NCBI GenBank assembly: GCA_031441465.1
Contig: JANOEP010000066.1
Span: forward strand, 32,001-96,000
Length of the DNA stretch: 64,000 nt
DNA from: a bacterium
Lineage (GTDB): Bacteria; Krumholzibacteriota; Krumholzibacteriia; LZORAL124-64-63
Direction of reading: 5' to 3'
Below are positions 48,204 through 57,427 of this stretch, in pieces. A model generated the notes under the pieces. That model did no database searches. It saw nothing but the letters and a program-made list of their open reading frames with translations, and had not been told where the DNA came from. A program made the position numbers and the translations under genes. Position 1 is the stretch's first letter. Each line of letters begins with the position of its first letter.

Positions 48204-49703
48204 CTAGGTGAAGAAGATGAACGTGATCACCACGAAGGTCGTCACCAGGATCGGCAGCGAGTACTTCAGCATGTAGCCGAAGAAGCTGGGCATCGGGACG
48301 CCGGCCTCCTCGGCGATGGACTTGACCATGAAGTTGGGCGCGTTGCCGATGTAGGTGTTGGCGCCCATGAAGACCGAGCCGGCGGAGATCGCCGTCAGGT
48401 CCCGGATGAAGTCCGGGTTCCGCAGGCTCGCGTCCAGGTAACCCAGCAGGCCGGGCACCGCGCTCTCGGGCATGCCGATGCTGCCCAACGCCGTGTTGAA
48501 GAAGGTCAGGTAGGTGGGCGCGTTGTCCAGGAAGCTGGACAGGACGCCGGTGACCCAGAAGTAGTGCGCGGGCGACTTCACGCAGGCGGCCACGCCGGCC
48601 AGGGCGCCTGCGGACCCGACCTGTAGGATCGCCAGGGCGGGGATGATGGTCATGAAGATCCCGGCGAAGAGGTACGCCACCTCCTGGATCGGGCCCCAGG
48701 AGAACTCGTTCTGCTTGCGGATCGCCTTGGTGGTGAAGCGCAGCGAGAGCGCGCCCATCAGGATCAGGATCGCGTCGCGCAGCCAGTTCTGCAGCTCGAC
48801 CTGCACGTGCCCATAGATGGGGACCGCCGGCAGCTTGAGCGAGCCCGAGAGCAGCACGCCGCCCATGATCCCCAGCAGGCACAGCAGGTTCTGCAGGCCC
48901 TCGATGCGGATGCCCTTGCTCTGGCCGTCGTGCCCGTCCTCGGGCGCCGCGGCGGGTTCCTTGCGGAACCAGTAGGTGTCCAGGGCGAAGAAGATCACCA
49001 GCAGGATCGCCACGGCCGTCAGCGCGTGCGGCAGCAGCGCCTTGGTGACCCAGAAGAACGGCACCCCGTGCAGGAAGCCCAGAAACAGCGGCGGGTCGCC
49101 CAGGGGGGTCAGTGAGCCGCCGATGTTGGCCACCAGGAAGATGAAGAACACCACGGTGTGGACGCGGTAGCGGCGCCAGGCGTTGGCCCGCAGCAGGGGG
49201 CGGATCAGGACCATCGCTGCGCCGGTCGTCCCGATCCACGAGGCCAGCAGCGTGCCGATCAGCAGCAGCAGCGTGTTGACCTTCGGCGAGCCGCGCAGGC
49301 TACCGCCGACGTAGATCCCGCCGGCCACGGTGAACAGGGCCCACAGCAGGATGATGAAGGGGAGGTAGTCGATCACGTAGATGTGGATGATCGACTGCAG
49401 CGCCTCGCCCCGGAAGGCGACCAGGAACGGCACCGCGAACACCAGCGACCAGAAGGCCGCGACCTTGGGGAAGTGGCGGTGCCAGAAGTGGGGCGCCAGC
49501 AGGGGAAAGACCGCGATCGAGAGCAGGATCCCGACGAACGGCAGGACGCTCCACAGGGGTAGTTGCGTGCCCAACGCGGCGGTGTCTGGACCGTGGCCGT
49601 CGAGCGCCGCCGCGATGCCGGGCAGCAGCATCGGGGCGAGGAACGCCGCCAGGACGACGGACGCCGCACGTCGACGGGAATGCAGGGTGCGACCGAAGCA
49701 CAT
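48204..49703 (-). CDS. Putative Na+/H+ antiporter (IT-superfamily membrane transporter)
   Basis: Many TMs; IGTTGAAMVLIRP, NIGGSLTPLGDPPLFLGFL, SSFLDNAPTY, GANTYIGNAPNFMVKSIAE; start approximate. Confidence 0.82.
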   Translation of the reverse strand: MCFGRTLHSRRRAASVVLAAFLAPMLLPGIAAALDGHGPDTAALGTQLPLWSVLPFVGILLSIAVFPLLAPHFWHRHFPKVAAFWSLVFAVPFLVAFRGEALQSIIHIYVIDYLPFIILLWALFTVAGGIYVGGSLRGSPKVNTLLLLIGTLLASWIGTTGAAMVLIRPLLRANAWRRYRVHTVVFFIFLVANIGGSLTPLGDPPLFLGFLHGVPFFWVTKALLPHALTAVAILLVIFFALDTYWFRKEPAAAPEDGHDGQSKGIRIEGLQNLLCLLGIMGGVLLSGSLKLPAVPIYGHVQVELQNWLRDAILILMGALSLRFTTKAIRKQNEFSWGPIQEVAYLFAGIFMTIIPALAILQVGSAGALAGVAACVKSPAHYFWVTGVLSSFLDNAPTYLTFFNTALGSIGMPESAVPGLLGYLDASLRNPDFIRDLTAISAGSVFMGANTYIGNAPNFMVKSIAEEAGVPMPSFFGYMLKYSLPILVTTFVVITFIFFT

Positions 49704-49833
49704 GACTTCTCCCGTTCGAGGGTGAGGGGGAGGCGCGTCTCGACGGACGGTTTCCCCTGCAGGTGTCGGCGGGTGCGACATGGAGACTAGGGAGGCGGCA
49801 GGACGGTGTCAACGCAGGTGGTTGGCAGCACTC

Positions 49834-49852
49834 GCTAATGATAATCATTATT
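49834..49852. promoter_or_regulatory. Fur box
   Basis: GCTAATGATAATCATTATT matches GATAATGATAATCATTATC at 17/19; perfect 7-1-7 core TAATGAT-A-ATCATTA. Confidence 0.8.
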
Positions 49853-49972
49853 CAATTATTCATTATTTACCTTGCCTCTCCGGAATCCCGGTGGCAACAT
49901 TCCGCAGGTTTGAGCCGCCGGACTGAACGGATCCACCGGTCGGCACCATGGTTTTGCCGGAAGGAGACCCCC

Positions 49973-51238
49973 TTGAAGACCTGGAAGTTGACCTCCCTGT
50001 TCGTGATCCTCGCGATGCTCATGAGTGTCGCCGCATATGCCGAATCTTGCACCGAGACTTGCGCCGAGACCTGCACCAGCGACATCAAGGTGACGGGCGA
50101 GTCCCGTTACCGGATCCAGATGGACGGAGCGGACCCCTACTTCTTCGACTTCGACGGGGACACCAACCCCACCTGGTTCAGCCAGCTGCGCACCCGCGTC
50201 GGCGTCAAGGCCATGGTCTCGGACAACATGGGCGTGTTCACCCAGTTCCAGGACAGCCGCTTCATCGGCGCCGTCAACGACTTCGGCATCGATCCCGTCC
50301 TGGAAATGCACCAGGGCTACATGTGGTACAAGCCCTGCGAGAAGAGCTGGCTCAAGATGGGCCGCTTCGAGATGAGCCTGCACAACGAGCGCCTCGTGGG
50401 CACCTCCGACTGGAGCATGTACGGCCAGGCGTTCGACGGCGTGATGATGGGCCGCCAGTTCGGTGAGAACATGAAAGCCACCTTCTGGGGCGTCAAGCTG
50501 TACGAGAGCTTCAACCAGTACACCGTGGTCGACGACACCGACGGCACGGATACCGCCGGCGACGACATGTTCTATGGCATCAACTTCTCGTTCCTGAACA
50601 AGGGCGTGGACGTGTTCGCCATGATGAACAGGTCCTTCGCCAACTTCCCCGGCTACGACGAGAACTACATCACTGTCGGCGCCTACAGCGAGCGGACCTT
50701 CGCCGAGAGCTTCGACTACAACGCCATGGTCGCGATGCAGACCGGCAAGGCCGACTTCGGCGCCACCGAGGTCGACGTCAGCGGCATGCTGCTGAACGCC
50801 GAGGTGGGATACACGATGGCCAACGGGATGCGCCTGGCCGGCCTCGTGGACTACACCACCGGCGACGATCCGACGACCACCGACAAGTGGGAAGGTTTCC
50901 ACAACCTGTTCTACAACTCCCACAAGTTCAACGGCATGATGGACATCGTCAACGCCGGCGACTTGGACGAGGGCCTCATGGACATCGGTCTGAAGCTCCT
51001 CTACCCGGTCAACGACAGCTGGTCGGCCATGGGCGAATTCCACAGCTTCGCGACGGTCGAGGAGTACGCGGCGGACAAGACCGCGCTGGGCTCCGAGATC
51101 GACCTGTCCGGCAAGTACGTCGACGGCGGCTTTGCCTGGCAGACCGGCCTCAGCATGTTCTCGCCCAGCGAGGACCGGGCCGGCCCGAACGCCGACAGCC
51201 AGAACTGGCTCTACACGCAGGCCACGATGAGCTTCTAG
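49973..51238 (+). CDS. Outer-membrane beta-barrel porin, alginate-export (AlgE-like) family candidate
   Basis: AAGGAG RBS + TTG start; signal peptide; QLRTRVG, FTQFQDSR, KMGRFE...ERLVG..DW...AFDG; terminal Phe. Confidence 0.75.
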   Translation: MKTWKLTSLFVILAMLMSVAAYAESCTETCAETCTSDIKVTGESRYRIQMDGADPYFFDFDGDTNPTWFSQLRTRVGVKAMVSDNMGVFTQFQDSRFIGAVNDFGIDPVLEMHQGYMWYKPCEKSWLKMGRFEMSLHNERLVGTSDWSMYGQAFDGVMMGRQFGENMKATFWGVKLYESFNQYTVVDDTDGTDTAGDDMFYGINFSFLNKGVDVFAMMNRSFANFPGYDENYITVGAYSERTFAESFDYNAMVAMQTGKADFGATEVDVSGMLLNAEVGYTMANGMRLAGLVDYTTGDDPTTTDKWEGFHNLFYNSHKFNGMMDIVNAGDLDEGLMDIGLKLLYPVNDSWSAMGEFHSFATVEEYAADKTALGSEIDLSGKYVDGGFAWQTGLSMFSPSEDRAGPNADSQNWLYTQATMSF

Positions 51239-51261
51239 TCCTCTCCCGAGGGCAAGACCAC

Positions 51262-51300
51262 GCGCCCCCGGCGGCACCGGCCGCCGGGGGCGTGTCTTTT
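51262..51300 (+). terminator. Probable intrinsic terminator
   Basis: GCGCCCCCGGCGGC-ACCG-GCCGCCGGGGGCGT followed by GTCTTTT. Confidence 0.7.
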
Positions 51301-51322
51301 CGCGGCAGGGGGCGTGTGGGGA

Positions 51323-51994
51323 TCAGCGCCCGGCGGCGGCGATCAGGTCCCTCAGGAAGGGCGCGGCCCCGTTCATCACCAGCTGCACCGCGATGACGGT
51401 CACCAGCAGGCCCATCAGCTTCTCCACGATGCGCATGCCCGTGGGACCGAGGCGCCGCAGGACGGTGTCGGCGGTCAGCAGGATCACCCCGGTCAGCAGC
51501 AGGATCAGGGCGGCCGCGGCGCTGACGATCAGCGCGCCGGTCATGCCGGGGGTCTCGGCCCGCAGCACCATGACCGTGGTGATCGAGGCCGGGCCGGCGA
51601 TCATCGGGATCGCCAGCGGGGTCACCGAGGGGTCGTGGTCGGCGTTGTCGCTCGGATCGGGCCGCGGGCCGGCGCCGGTGGCCTGGTCCAGGCCGGTGTG
51701 CCAGCGCCGCGGCCGGCTCTGGAGCATGTCCAGTCCGACGCCGAAGAAGATCACGCCGCCGGCGATCCGGAAGGCGTCCACCGTGATCCCGAAGGTGCTC
51801 AGCACGGCGCTGCCGGCAAAAGTGAAAAGCAGCAGGACCAGCAGGGACACCAGCAGGGCCTTGACCAGGATACGCCGCTTACGGCCGCGGGACAGGCCCG
51901 CGGTCTGGCCGCTGAAGAAGGGGATGCAGCCCAGCGGGTCGATGACCGCGAACAGGGACGACAGCGAGAGCAGGGCGAATCCGGTCAGGTCCAT
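51323..51994 (-). CDS. MarC family membrane protein
   Basis: LFAVIDPLG, FRIAGG, TPLAIPMIAGPASI, KLMGLL. Confidence 0.9.
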   Translation of the reverse strand: MDLTGFALLSLSSLFAVIDPLGCIPFFSGQTAGLSRGRKRRILVKALLVSLLVLLLFTFAGSAVLSTFGITVDAFRIAGGVIFFGVGLDMLQSRPRRWHTGLDQATGAGPRPDPSDNADHDPSVTPLAIPMIAGPASITTVMVLRAETPGMTGALIVSAAAALILLLTGVILLTADTVLRRLGPTGMRIVEKLMGLLVTVIAVQLVMNGAAPFLRDLIAAAGR

Positions 51995-52090
51995 GGGGGC
52001 TCCTCAGGAAGGGCGGCAAGGTCGCGGGCGGCAAAGTCGCGGGCGACGGAGGTCGTGTCAAGCGCCTGACAATCCGGTGACAACTATATC

Positions 52091-52145
52091 TTGTCTGGCC
52101 GCGTCGCGCCTTATATCCTCGGTTCTATGATCAACGTTCGTTGAC
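52091..52145 (+). promoter_or_regulatory. Promoter plus palindromic operator upstream of decaheme gene
   Basis: TTGTCT (52091) - 17 nt - TATCCT (52114); ATCAACGTTCGTTGAC at 52130-52145. Confidence 0.6.
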
Positions 52146-52169
52146 TTCATCCTGCGCGGAGGGATCCCC

Positions 52170-53078
52170 ATGATGCGTCTGCTCCTCCTCATCGCCGGAC
52201 TGCTCACCCTGCTCGCCGTCGTCGCGGCCGCAGGCGGCGGTTTCGCCGAGCGCGTGGGCATGCCGACCGGCGCGGCCTACGTCGGTTCCCAGGCCTGCCT
52301 GGACTGCCACGACGACGCCGGCACCTTCTACCAGCACACCCCCCATTCCGTGGACCTGGCCCTGTCTGCGCCCGTCTCCGGCGCCAGCGCCTGCGAGGCC
52401 TGCCACGGGCCGGGCAGTCTCCACGTGGAGGCCGGCGGCGAAGGTCCCATCTTCGGCAAGGCCGTCCTGTCCGCTCTGGACGCCGAGGACCGCGCCGAGA
52501 TGTGCCTGCAGTGCCACCAGGACAAGCGCGCCACCTGGTCGGGTTCGCCGCACGCCGGCAGCCCGACCGACTGCGCCGCGTGCCACACCGACGTGGTCCA
52601 CGGCGGTGGCGAGGCCCTGGCGCCGTCCGCCTTCCGGATCGCCGGCGAGTTCTGCCTGCAGTGCCACGCGGCCCAGGCTGCCGACTTCCGCCTGCCGTTC
52701 CGCCATCGGGTGCTCGAGGGCGAGGTCTCCTGCCAGGACTGCCACGCCGTCCACGGCGCGGCGCCCGCCGCCGACCCCCTGGGCGACCTGAACGCGGCCT
52801 GTCTGAACTGCCACACGGAAATGGCCGGCCCCTTCCTCTTCGAGCACGAGGCCGTGTCGGCCGAGGACTGCACGGCCTGCCATCGGCCACACGGTTCGAT
52901 CAACGACAAGCTGCTGACCCAGGACGGCAATTCGCTCTGCCTGCAGTGCCACTACGAGCCGGGATATCCGACCATCGGCGACGTGGACCACGGCGGTTTC
53001 CTGAGCAGCGAAGCGCGCTGCTACGACTGCCATCACGAGATCCACGGTTCGAACCTGAACTCCACCTTCCTGGACTAG
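52170..53078 (+). CDS. DmsE/MtrA-family periplasmic decaheme cytochrome c
   Basis: Signal peptide; 10 CxxCH; family motifs FRLPFRHRVLEGEVSCQDCH and GPFLFEHEAVSAEDCTACHRPHGS. Confidence 0.9.
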   Translation: MMRLLLLIAGLLTLLAVVAAAGGGFAERVGMPTGAAYVGSQACLDCHDDAGTFYQHTPHSVDLALSAPVSGASACEACHGPGSLHVEAGGEGPIFGKAVLSALDAEDRAEMCLQCHQDKRATWSGSPHAGSPTDCAACHTDVVHGGGEALAPSAFRIAGEFCLQCHAAQAADFRLPFRHRVLEGEVSCQDCHAVHGAAPAADPLGDLNAACLNCHTEMAGPFLFEHEAVSAEDCTACHRPHGSINDKLLTQDGNSLCLQCHYEPGYPTIGDVDHGGFLSSEARCYDCHHEIHGSNLNSTFLD

Positions 53079-53091
53079 AAAGGAGCGCGTG

Positions 53092-54987
53092 ATGAAGAAC
53101 CTGCACTTGTCGATGCTGACCGCCGCCGCCGTGGCGCTCCTGGCCGCCGGTGCCGCCGTCGCGGGCGAACTGCCGGCCCAGGCCGACCGGATCTGGTCGG
53201 TTCCCGGGGATCATGTGGGTCTGTTCAGCCACGCCACGCTGACGCTCGACGCTCTGGACAGTTACGGGTATTCGGCGAAAGCGGCCGAGGACTGGCAGCT
53301 GACCGAAAAGTTCCGTTTCTCGTCGGTCTTCGCCTGGAACCGCAACTGGGACTCCGGCCGATGGCTGACCCTGCGCGGCGCCGGCGAGGATGGCGGCCGT
53401 CCCGGCGGCGCCGGCTCGCTGGGCCTGTGGGGCGGTTCGCCCGGAAAGTTCCGGACCTCGGTGACCTACCGCAGCTTCGACCATTATTACGATGGGACCA
53501 GCGAGATGCGCTCGGCGGTGTTCGCCGCGCCGCCGTCGCCGCCGGCCCTCACGCCCACCCCGGTCATGAATTGGAACCGCTTCGAGGCGGCCAGCTCCCA
53601 CCGCGTCTGGAACGGGTTCGGTCTCGAGGGGGGCGTCGCCTTCACGCGGCGCGACGGGATCAAGGGCAGCCTGCTGCGCAGCGGCGCCGGCAGCGCCGTG
53701 CCCGCCCAGAAGCACTTCGGCACGCTGGACCGGCGCGTCTGGGCCGGCGGCGACTACGCCTACGGCAAGCTGGCCACGGATTGGGAAGTGTCCTACCAGA
53801 AGAGCGAAGGCGACCGCGCGCTCGGCACGCGGCACCTCACCACCGACGACCGCACCCTGTGGAGCGGGCGGGTCGGCGGCGCCCTCGAGGTGTCGCCGGC
53901 GTTGCGCCTGGTGGGCCAGGCGATCGGCAGCTACCTCGAGAGCAACCCGCACGAGACCCAGGGGCTGGCCGACCGCGACATCACCTCCGACGCCGTGTCG
54001 GGCACGGGACGCGTCGGCGCGTTGTGGACGCCGGCCCGCGGCACGCGGCTGGACCTGTCCGCGGCCGTCCGCAACCAGAACGTCGACGGCCAGGTCGGTC
54101 CCGACAACGCCGTCGTCCACGCCGTCGATCGCGACCGCACCAGCCAGGACTACCACGCGGCGTTGTCGACGACCCGGCTGCCCTCGACCCGATTGCAGAT
54201 GAGCTACCGCTACCGCACCAGCGACCTCGAGGAGACGACCGCGCAGGACGGCGTGCCCGGCAGCGGCACCGAGGGCGACCTCCAGTCCACCGACCAGCAG
54301 CGCACGAGCCAGGAGGCCTCGTTGCGCGCGCGCACGCGTCTCGGGCACAACGTGACGCTGAAGGCCAAGGCGCAGTGGCGGCAGGAGGAGATCGATTCGG
54401 CCGATACCTGGGACACCGCCGGCGGCGACGCCTGGTTCTACTGGATGGGCGACCGCAAGCGGGACAAGCTGGTCTGGGAGGTCTGCCTGAACACACGGCC
54501 GGTCCCGGGCGTCAGCCTCGACCTCGGCCACCAGACGATCGCGCAGACCTTCGAGCGCGAAGATATTCCCGGTGTCGAGACCACCTGGGACGCCGTGCGC
54601 GGCTTCGCCGTGGCCACCTGGGCCGTCGCGCCGCGCCTGACGCTGCTGGGATCGTTCTCGATGGGGCAGGAGCAGTACGGGATCGACGGCGCCCCGGCCG
54701 TCGCGTCCGACGTCAGCCCTCTGGTCTACGACGCCACGACCGTGCGCTACGCGCCCGGCGCGGTGCTGGACCTCGGCCGCGGTTGGAGTTGCGAGGGCCA
54801 CTACGAGGCCGTCCGTACCACCGACTCGGTCGAGAACGACCTGGACCGCTGGTCGGCCCGCACCAGCTGGCGCTTCGCGGAGAAGCTGACCATGACCGCG
54901 AGTTACCGTCGCTGCGAGTTCGACGAGAACCGCTGGGACGATTACATCTTCGACCTGTACTCGCTGTCGGTGGGCGGCGTTTTCTAG
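53092..54987 (+). CDS. MtrB/PioB-like outer-membrane beta-barrel porin
   Basis: AAGGAG RBS, signal peptide, amphipathic strands, terminal YSLSVGGVF, directly downstream of decaheme; family inferred from context. Confidence 0.72.
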   Translation: MKNLHLSMLTAAAVALLAAGAAVAGELPAQADRIWSVPGDHVGLFSHATLTLDALDSYGYSAKAAEDWQLTEKFRFSSVFAWNRNWDSGRWLTLRGAGEDGGRPGGAGSLGLWGGSPGKFRTSVTYRSFDHYYDGTSEMRSAVFAAPPSPPALTPTPVMNWNRFEAASSHRVWNGFGLEGGVAFTRRDGIKGSLLRSGAGSAVPAQKHFGTLDRRVWAGGDYAYGKLATDWEVSYQKSEGDRALGTRHLTTDDRTLWSGRVGGALEVSPALRLVGQAIGSYLESNPHETQGLADRDITSDAVSGTGRVGALWTPARGTRLDLSAAVRNQNVDGQVGPDNAVVHAVDRDRTSQDYHAALSTTRLPSTRLQMSYRYRTSDLEETTAQDGVPGSGTEGDLQSTDQQRTSQEASLRARTRLGHNVTLKAKAQWRQEEIDSADTWDTAGGDAWFYWMGDRKRDKLVWEVCLNTRPVPGVSLDLGHQTIAQTFEREDIPGVETTWDAVRGFAVATWAVAPRLTLLGSFSMGQEQYGIDGAPAVASDVSPLVYDATTVRYAPGAVLDLGRGWSCEGHYEAVRTTDSVENDLDRWSARTSWRFAEKLTMTASYRRCEFDENRWDDYIFDLYSLSVGGVF

Positions 54988-55015
54988 ACGCCAACCCTCG
55001 GAGACGGCTGTTCCG

Positions 55016-55047
55016 GGAACCCCGCAAAGGCGGGGTTCCTTTTTTTT
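55016..55047 (+). terminator. Intrinsic terminator
   Basis: GGAACCCCGC-AAAG-GCGGGGTTCC followed by 8 T. Confidence 0.9.
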
Positions 55048-55078
55048 GGCCGCCACCGCGGGGACCCCGCCCGAGCGG

Positions 55079-55094
55079 GTGAACGATCGTTCTC
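55079..55094. promoter_or_regulatory. Palindromic operator copy
   Basis: GTGAACGATCGTTCTC (perfect core GAACGATCGTTC). Confidence 0.55.
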
Positions 55095-55197
55095 GTATCT
55101 GCAAGCTATCGCTAATGTTATAACACCTAGTAAGGACATATGAGTTATCTTATTGCATGGCAATCAGTTTCATGGGTTATTTTCATAACATTCTGGA

Positions 55198-55249
55198 TTG
55201 ACGGGCCGAATTGGATGGGTAGGTTGGAGCAGAGTCAACGTTCGCTCAC
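55198..55249 (+). promoter_or_regulatory. Promoter plus operator upstream of TetR-cytochrome-rhodanese operon
   Basis: TTGACG (55198) - 16 nt - TAGGTT (55220); GTCAACGTTCGCTCAC at 55234-55249. Confidence 0.55.
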
Positions 55250-55267
55250 CTCGTTCGAGGGAACGCC

Positions 55268-55903
55268 ATGGCCTCCGAAACCCGACACGCCAACCGCCGG
55301 GGCGAGATCCTCGACCACGCGTCGCGGCTCTTCTCGGCTCACGGCTACGACGGCACCGCCATCCGGCTGATCGCCCGCGCCAGCGGCGTGACCGAGGCCG
55401 CCATCTACCGTCACTTCGACGGCAAGGCCCAGCTCTACGACGAGGTCATCCGCGCCAAGGCGCGCGAGCACGACATCGCGGGCGACCTCGCGACCAGTCG
55501 GGGCCGCGGCAGCGTCGAGGACGTCCTGCGCGTGGTGGCCAACCACGTCCTGTCCCTGGCGGCGCGCGATCCCGAAATCGTGCGGCTGATGTCCAACAGC
55601 AGCCTCGAGAACGTCCAGGGCCGCGCGACGCTCTTCCGCGAAGTGCGCAGCCCCTACATCGACTTCCTGATCGAGGAGATCTCGCGGCGCATGGCGACGG
55701 GGGAGGTCCGCCGGATCGACCCCGTCATCACCAGCCGTTGCTTCGTGGGCATGGTCATGGACTGTGCCCTCAACGCCGGCATGTGGAGCCGGTTCGCGGG
55801 CACGGAGGTCGACGCGCAGACCGTGGTCTGCAACAACGTGCCGATCTTCGCCCGCGGCCTCACCAACGGCGGCGCCGGGTCGCCGTCCAACGACGGAGAG
55901 TGA
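55268..55903 (+). CDS. TetR/AcrR family regulator
   Basis: RRGEILDHASRLFSAHGYDGTAIRLIARASGVTEAAIYRHFDGK HTH. Confidence 0.92.
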   Translation: MASETRHANRRGEILDHASRLFSAHGYDGTAIRLIARASGVTEAAIYRHFDGKAQLYDEVIRAKAREHDIAGDLATSRGRGSVEDVLRVVANHVLSLAARDPEIVRLMSNSSLENVQGRATLFREVRSPYIDFLIEEISRRMATGEVRRIDPVITSRCFVGMVMDCALNAGMWSRFAGTEVDAQTVVCNNVPIFARGLTNGGAGSPSNDGE

Positions 55904-55905
55904 CC

Positions 55906-57327
55906 ATGCACAAGCACGCAGCGGTCGCGGTCCTCGCGTTCCTGGTCCTCGGCAGCCTGTGGGGGTGCGAGAACGACACCTCCAACGGCACCGGGGATCC
56001 GAACGTCGTGCTGACCGACAAGACCTGCCTCGGCTGCCACAGCAGCCGGGACATGCTCATCGCCAACCTGGGCGAGGAGGCGACATCCAAGGCCGAGCCC
56101 ACCGACAAGGCCGACGGCTGAGGCGGCTCCGTACCCGCGCTGGAGGCGTGGGAAAAGGTCATCATCACCGGCACCAACGGGCAGCGGTTCCTCGACAGCG
56201 TGCACGGTCAGCGCTCCTGCCAGAGCTGCCACGGCGGCCCGGCCGACCGCACCTTCGAGACGATGGCGGAGGCGCACACCGGCATGGTCGCCGATCCCAG
56301 CGCGCACGGCGCCTGCGACGGCTGCCACGCCGAGGAGGCGGCGGCCACCGCGAACAGCCTGCACTCGAACCAGTGGGGCTACATCGCGATCATCGAGCAG
56401 CGCGGGCGCTGCACTTTCGAAGGCTCCGGCTTCGAAACCTACTTCGACCAGAAGTGCGGCAGCTGCCACACGACCTGCGGGCAGTGCCACGTCAGCCGGC
56501 CCAACAGCGTGGGCGGCGGCTTCCCGCTGATCGGCACCTACTACTCGCACCGCTTCCGGGCGTCGCCGGACATGACCGAGCAGTGCACGGCCTGCCACGG
56601 TTCGCGCGTGGGCAACGACTTCCTGGGGCAGAGCGAGGGCAACGTGCCCGACGTCCACCGCCAGCCCTACGGCTGGCAGTGCAAGGACTGCCACACCAAG
56701 GAGGAGATCCACGGCGACGATCAGTACGAGGGCGACCATTACGAGCACCGCTACGAGGTCAAGACGATGCCCCGTTGCGAGGACTGCCACGGCGAAGGCC
56801 AGGACGACGGCTGGGACAACGCCTACCACGCCATGCACGTGGGCAACGACGGCCTGAACCTGCAGTGCCAGGTCTGCCACTCGCAGCCCTACAAGAACTG
56901 CACGAACTGCCACAACCTGCTCACGGGCGGGGACAAGTCGGACAAGTTCGACATCGATCCCAGCCGCCTGCAGCTCAAGATCGGCCGCAACCTGAATCCC
57001 AACCGCGATGAGTACGACTACGTCGTCGTGCGTCACGCGCCGACCGATCCCGGCACCTTCGCCGAGTGGGGCCTGGATCTGCCCGGTTACCTGGACGCGC
57101 CGACCTGGCTCTACGCCTCCCCGCACAACATCGTGCGGCGCACGGCGCAGACGACGGTCGGGGAGGGGCAGACCTGCAGCACGGCCTGCCACGAGTCGCC
57201 CGACGGGCTCGACGGCTTCCTGCTGCGCGAGTCCGACCTGTACGCCGAAGACGGGGTGACCCGCCTGCCCGACTACGAAGCGAACCTGGGCGTGGTGATC
57301 CCGCCGACGTTCCCCGACTCGAAGTGA
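55906..57327 (+). CDS. Probable selenoprotein multiheme c-type cytochrome lipoprotein (10 CxxCH + 1 CxxxCH); in-frame TGA 56119-56121
   Basis: ATG 55906, lipobox LWG-C, CLGCH, then KADG-TGA-GGSVPALEAWEKV in frame with ORF 56200..57327, which lacks its own signal peptide. Confidence 0.82.
56134..56152 (+). promoter_or_regulatory. Candidate bacterial SECIS hairpin
   Basis: CCCGCGC-TGGAG-GCGTGGG (one G-U pair; U-G closure leaves a GGA loop) about 20 nt after the TGA. Confidence 0.55.
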
Positions 57328-57336
57328 CGTGAAAGA

Positions 57337-57364
57337 CCGCCCGGCGGCGTGTGCCGCCGGGCGG
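57337..57364 (+). other. Intercistronic GC-rich hairpin without U-tract
   Basis: CCGCCCGGCGGC-GTGT-GCCGCCGGGCGG, 12-bp perfect stem. Confidence 0.6.
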
Positions 57365-57427
57365 CCGACCCGCGGCGCCCGGCGCCGCCAACCGAGGGGC
57401 CGCGAGGCCCGAACAAGGAGAGACGAC

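Noticed and set aside
52011..52045. Imperfect 15-bp direct repeat GGGCGGCAAGGTCGC / GGGCGGCAAAGTCGC upstream of marC
   Set aside because: Only two units with no spacers; not CRISPR and plausibly chance or slippage.
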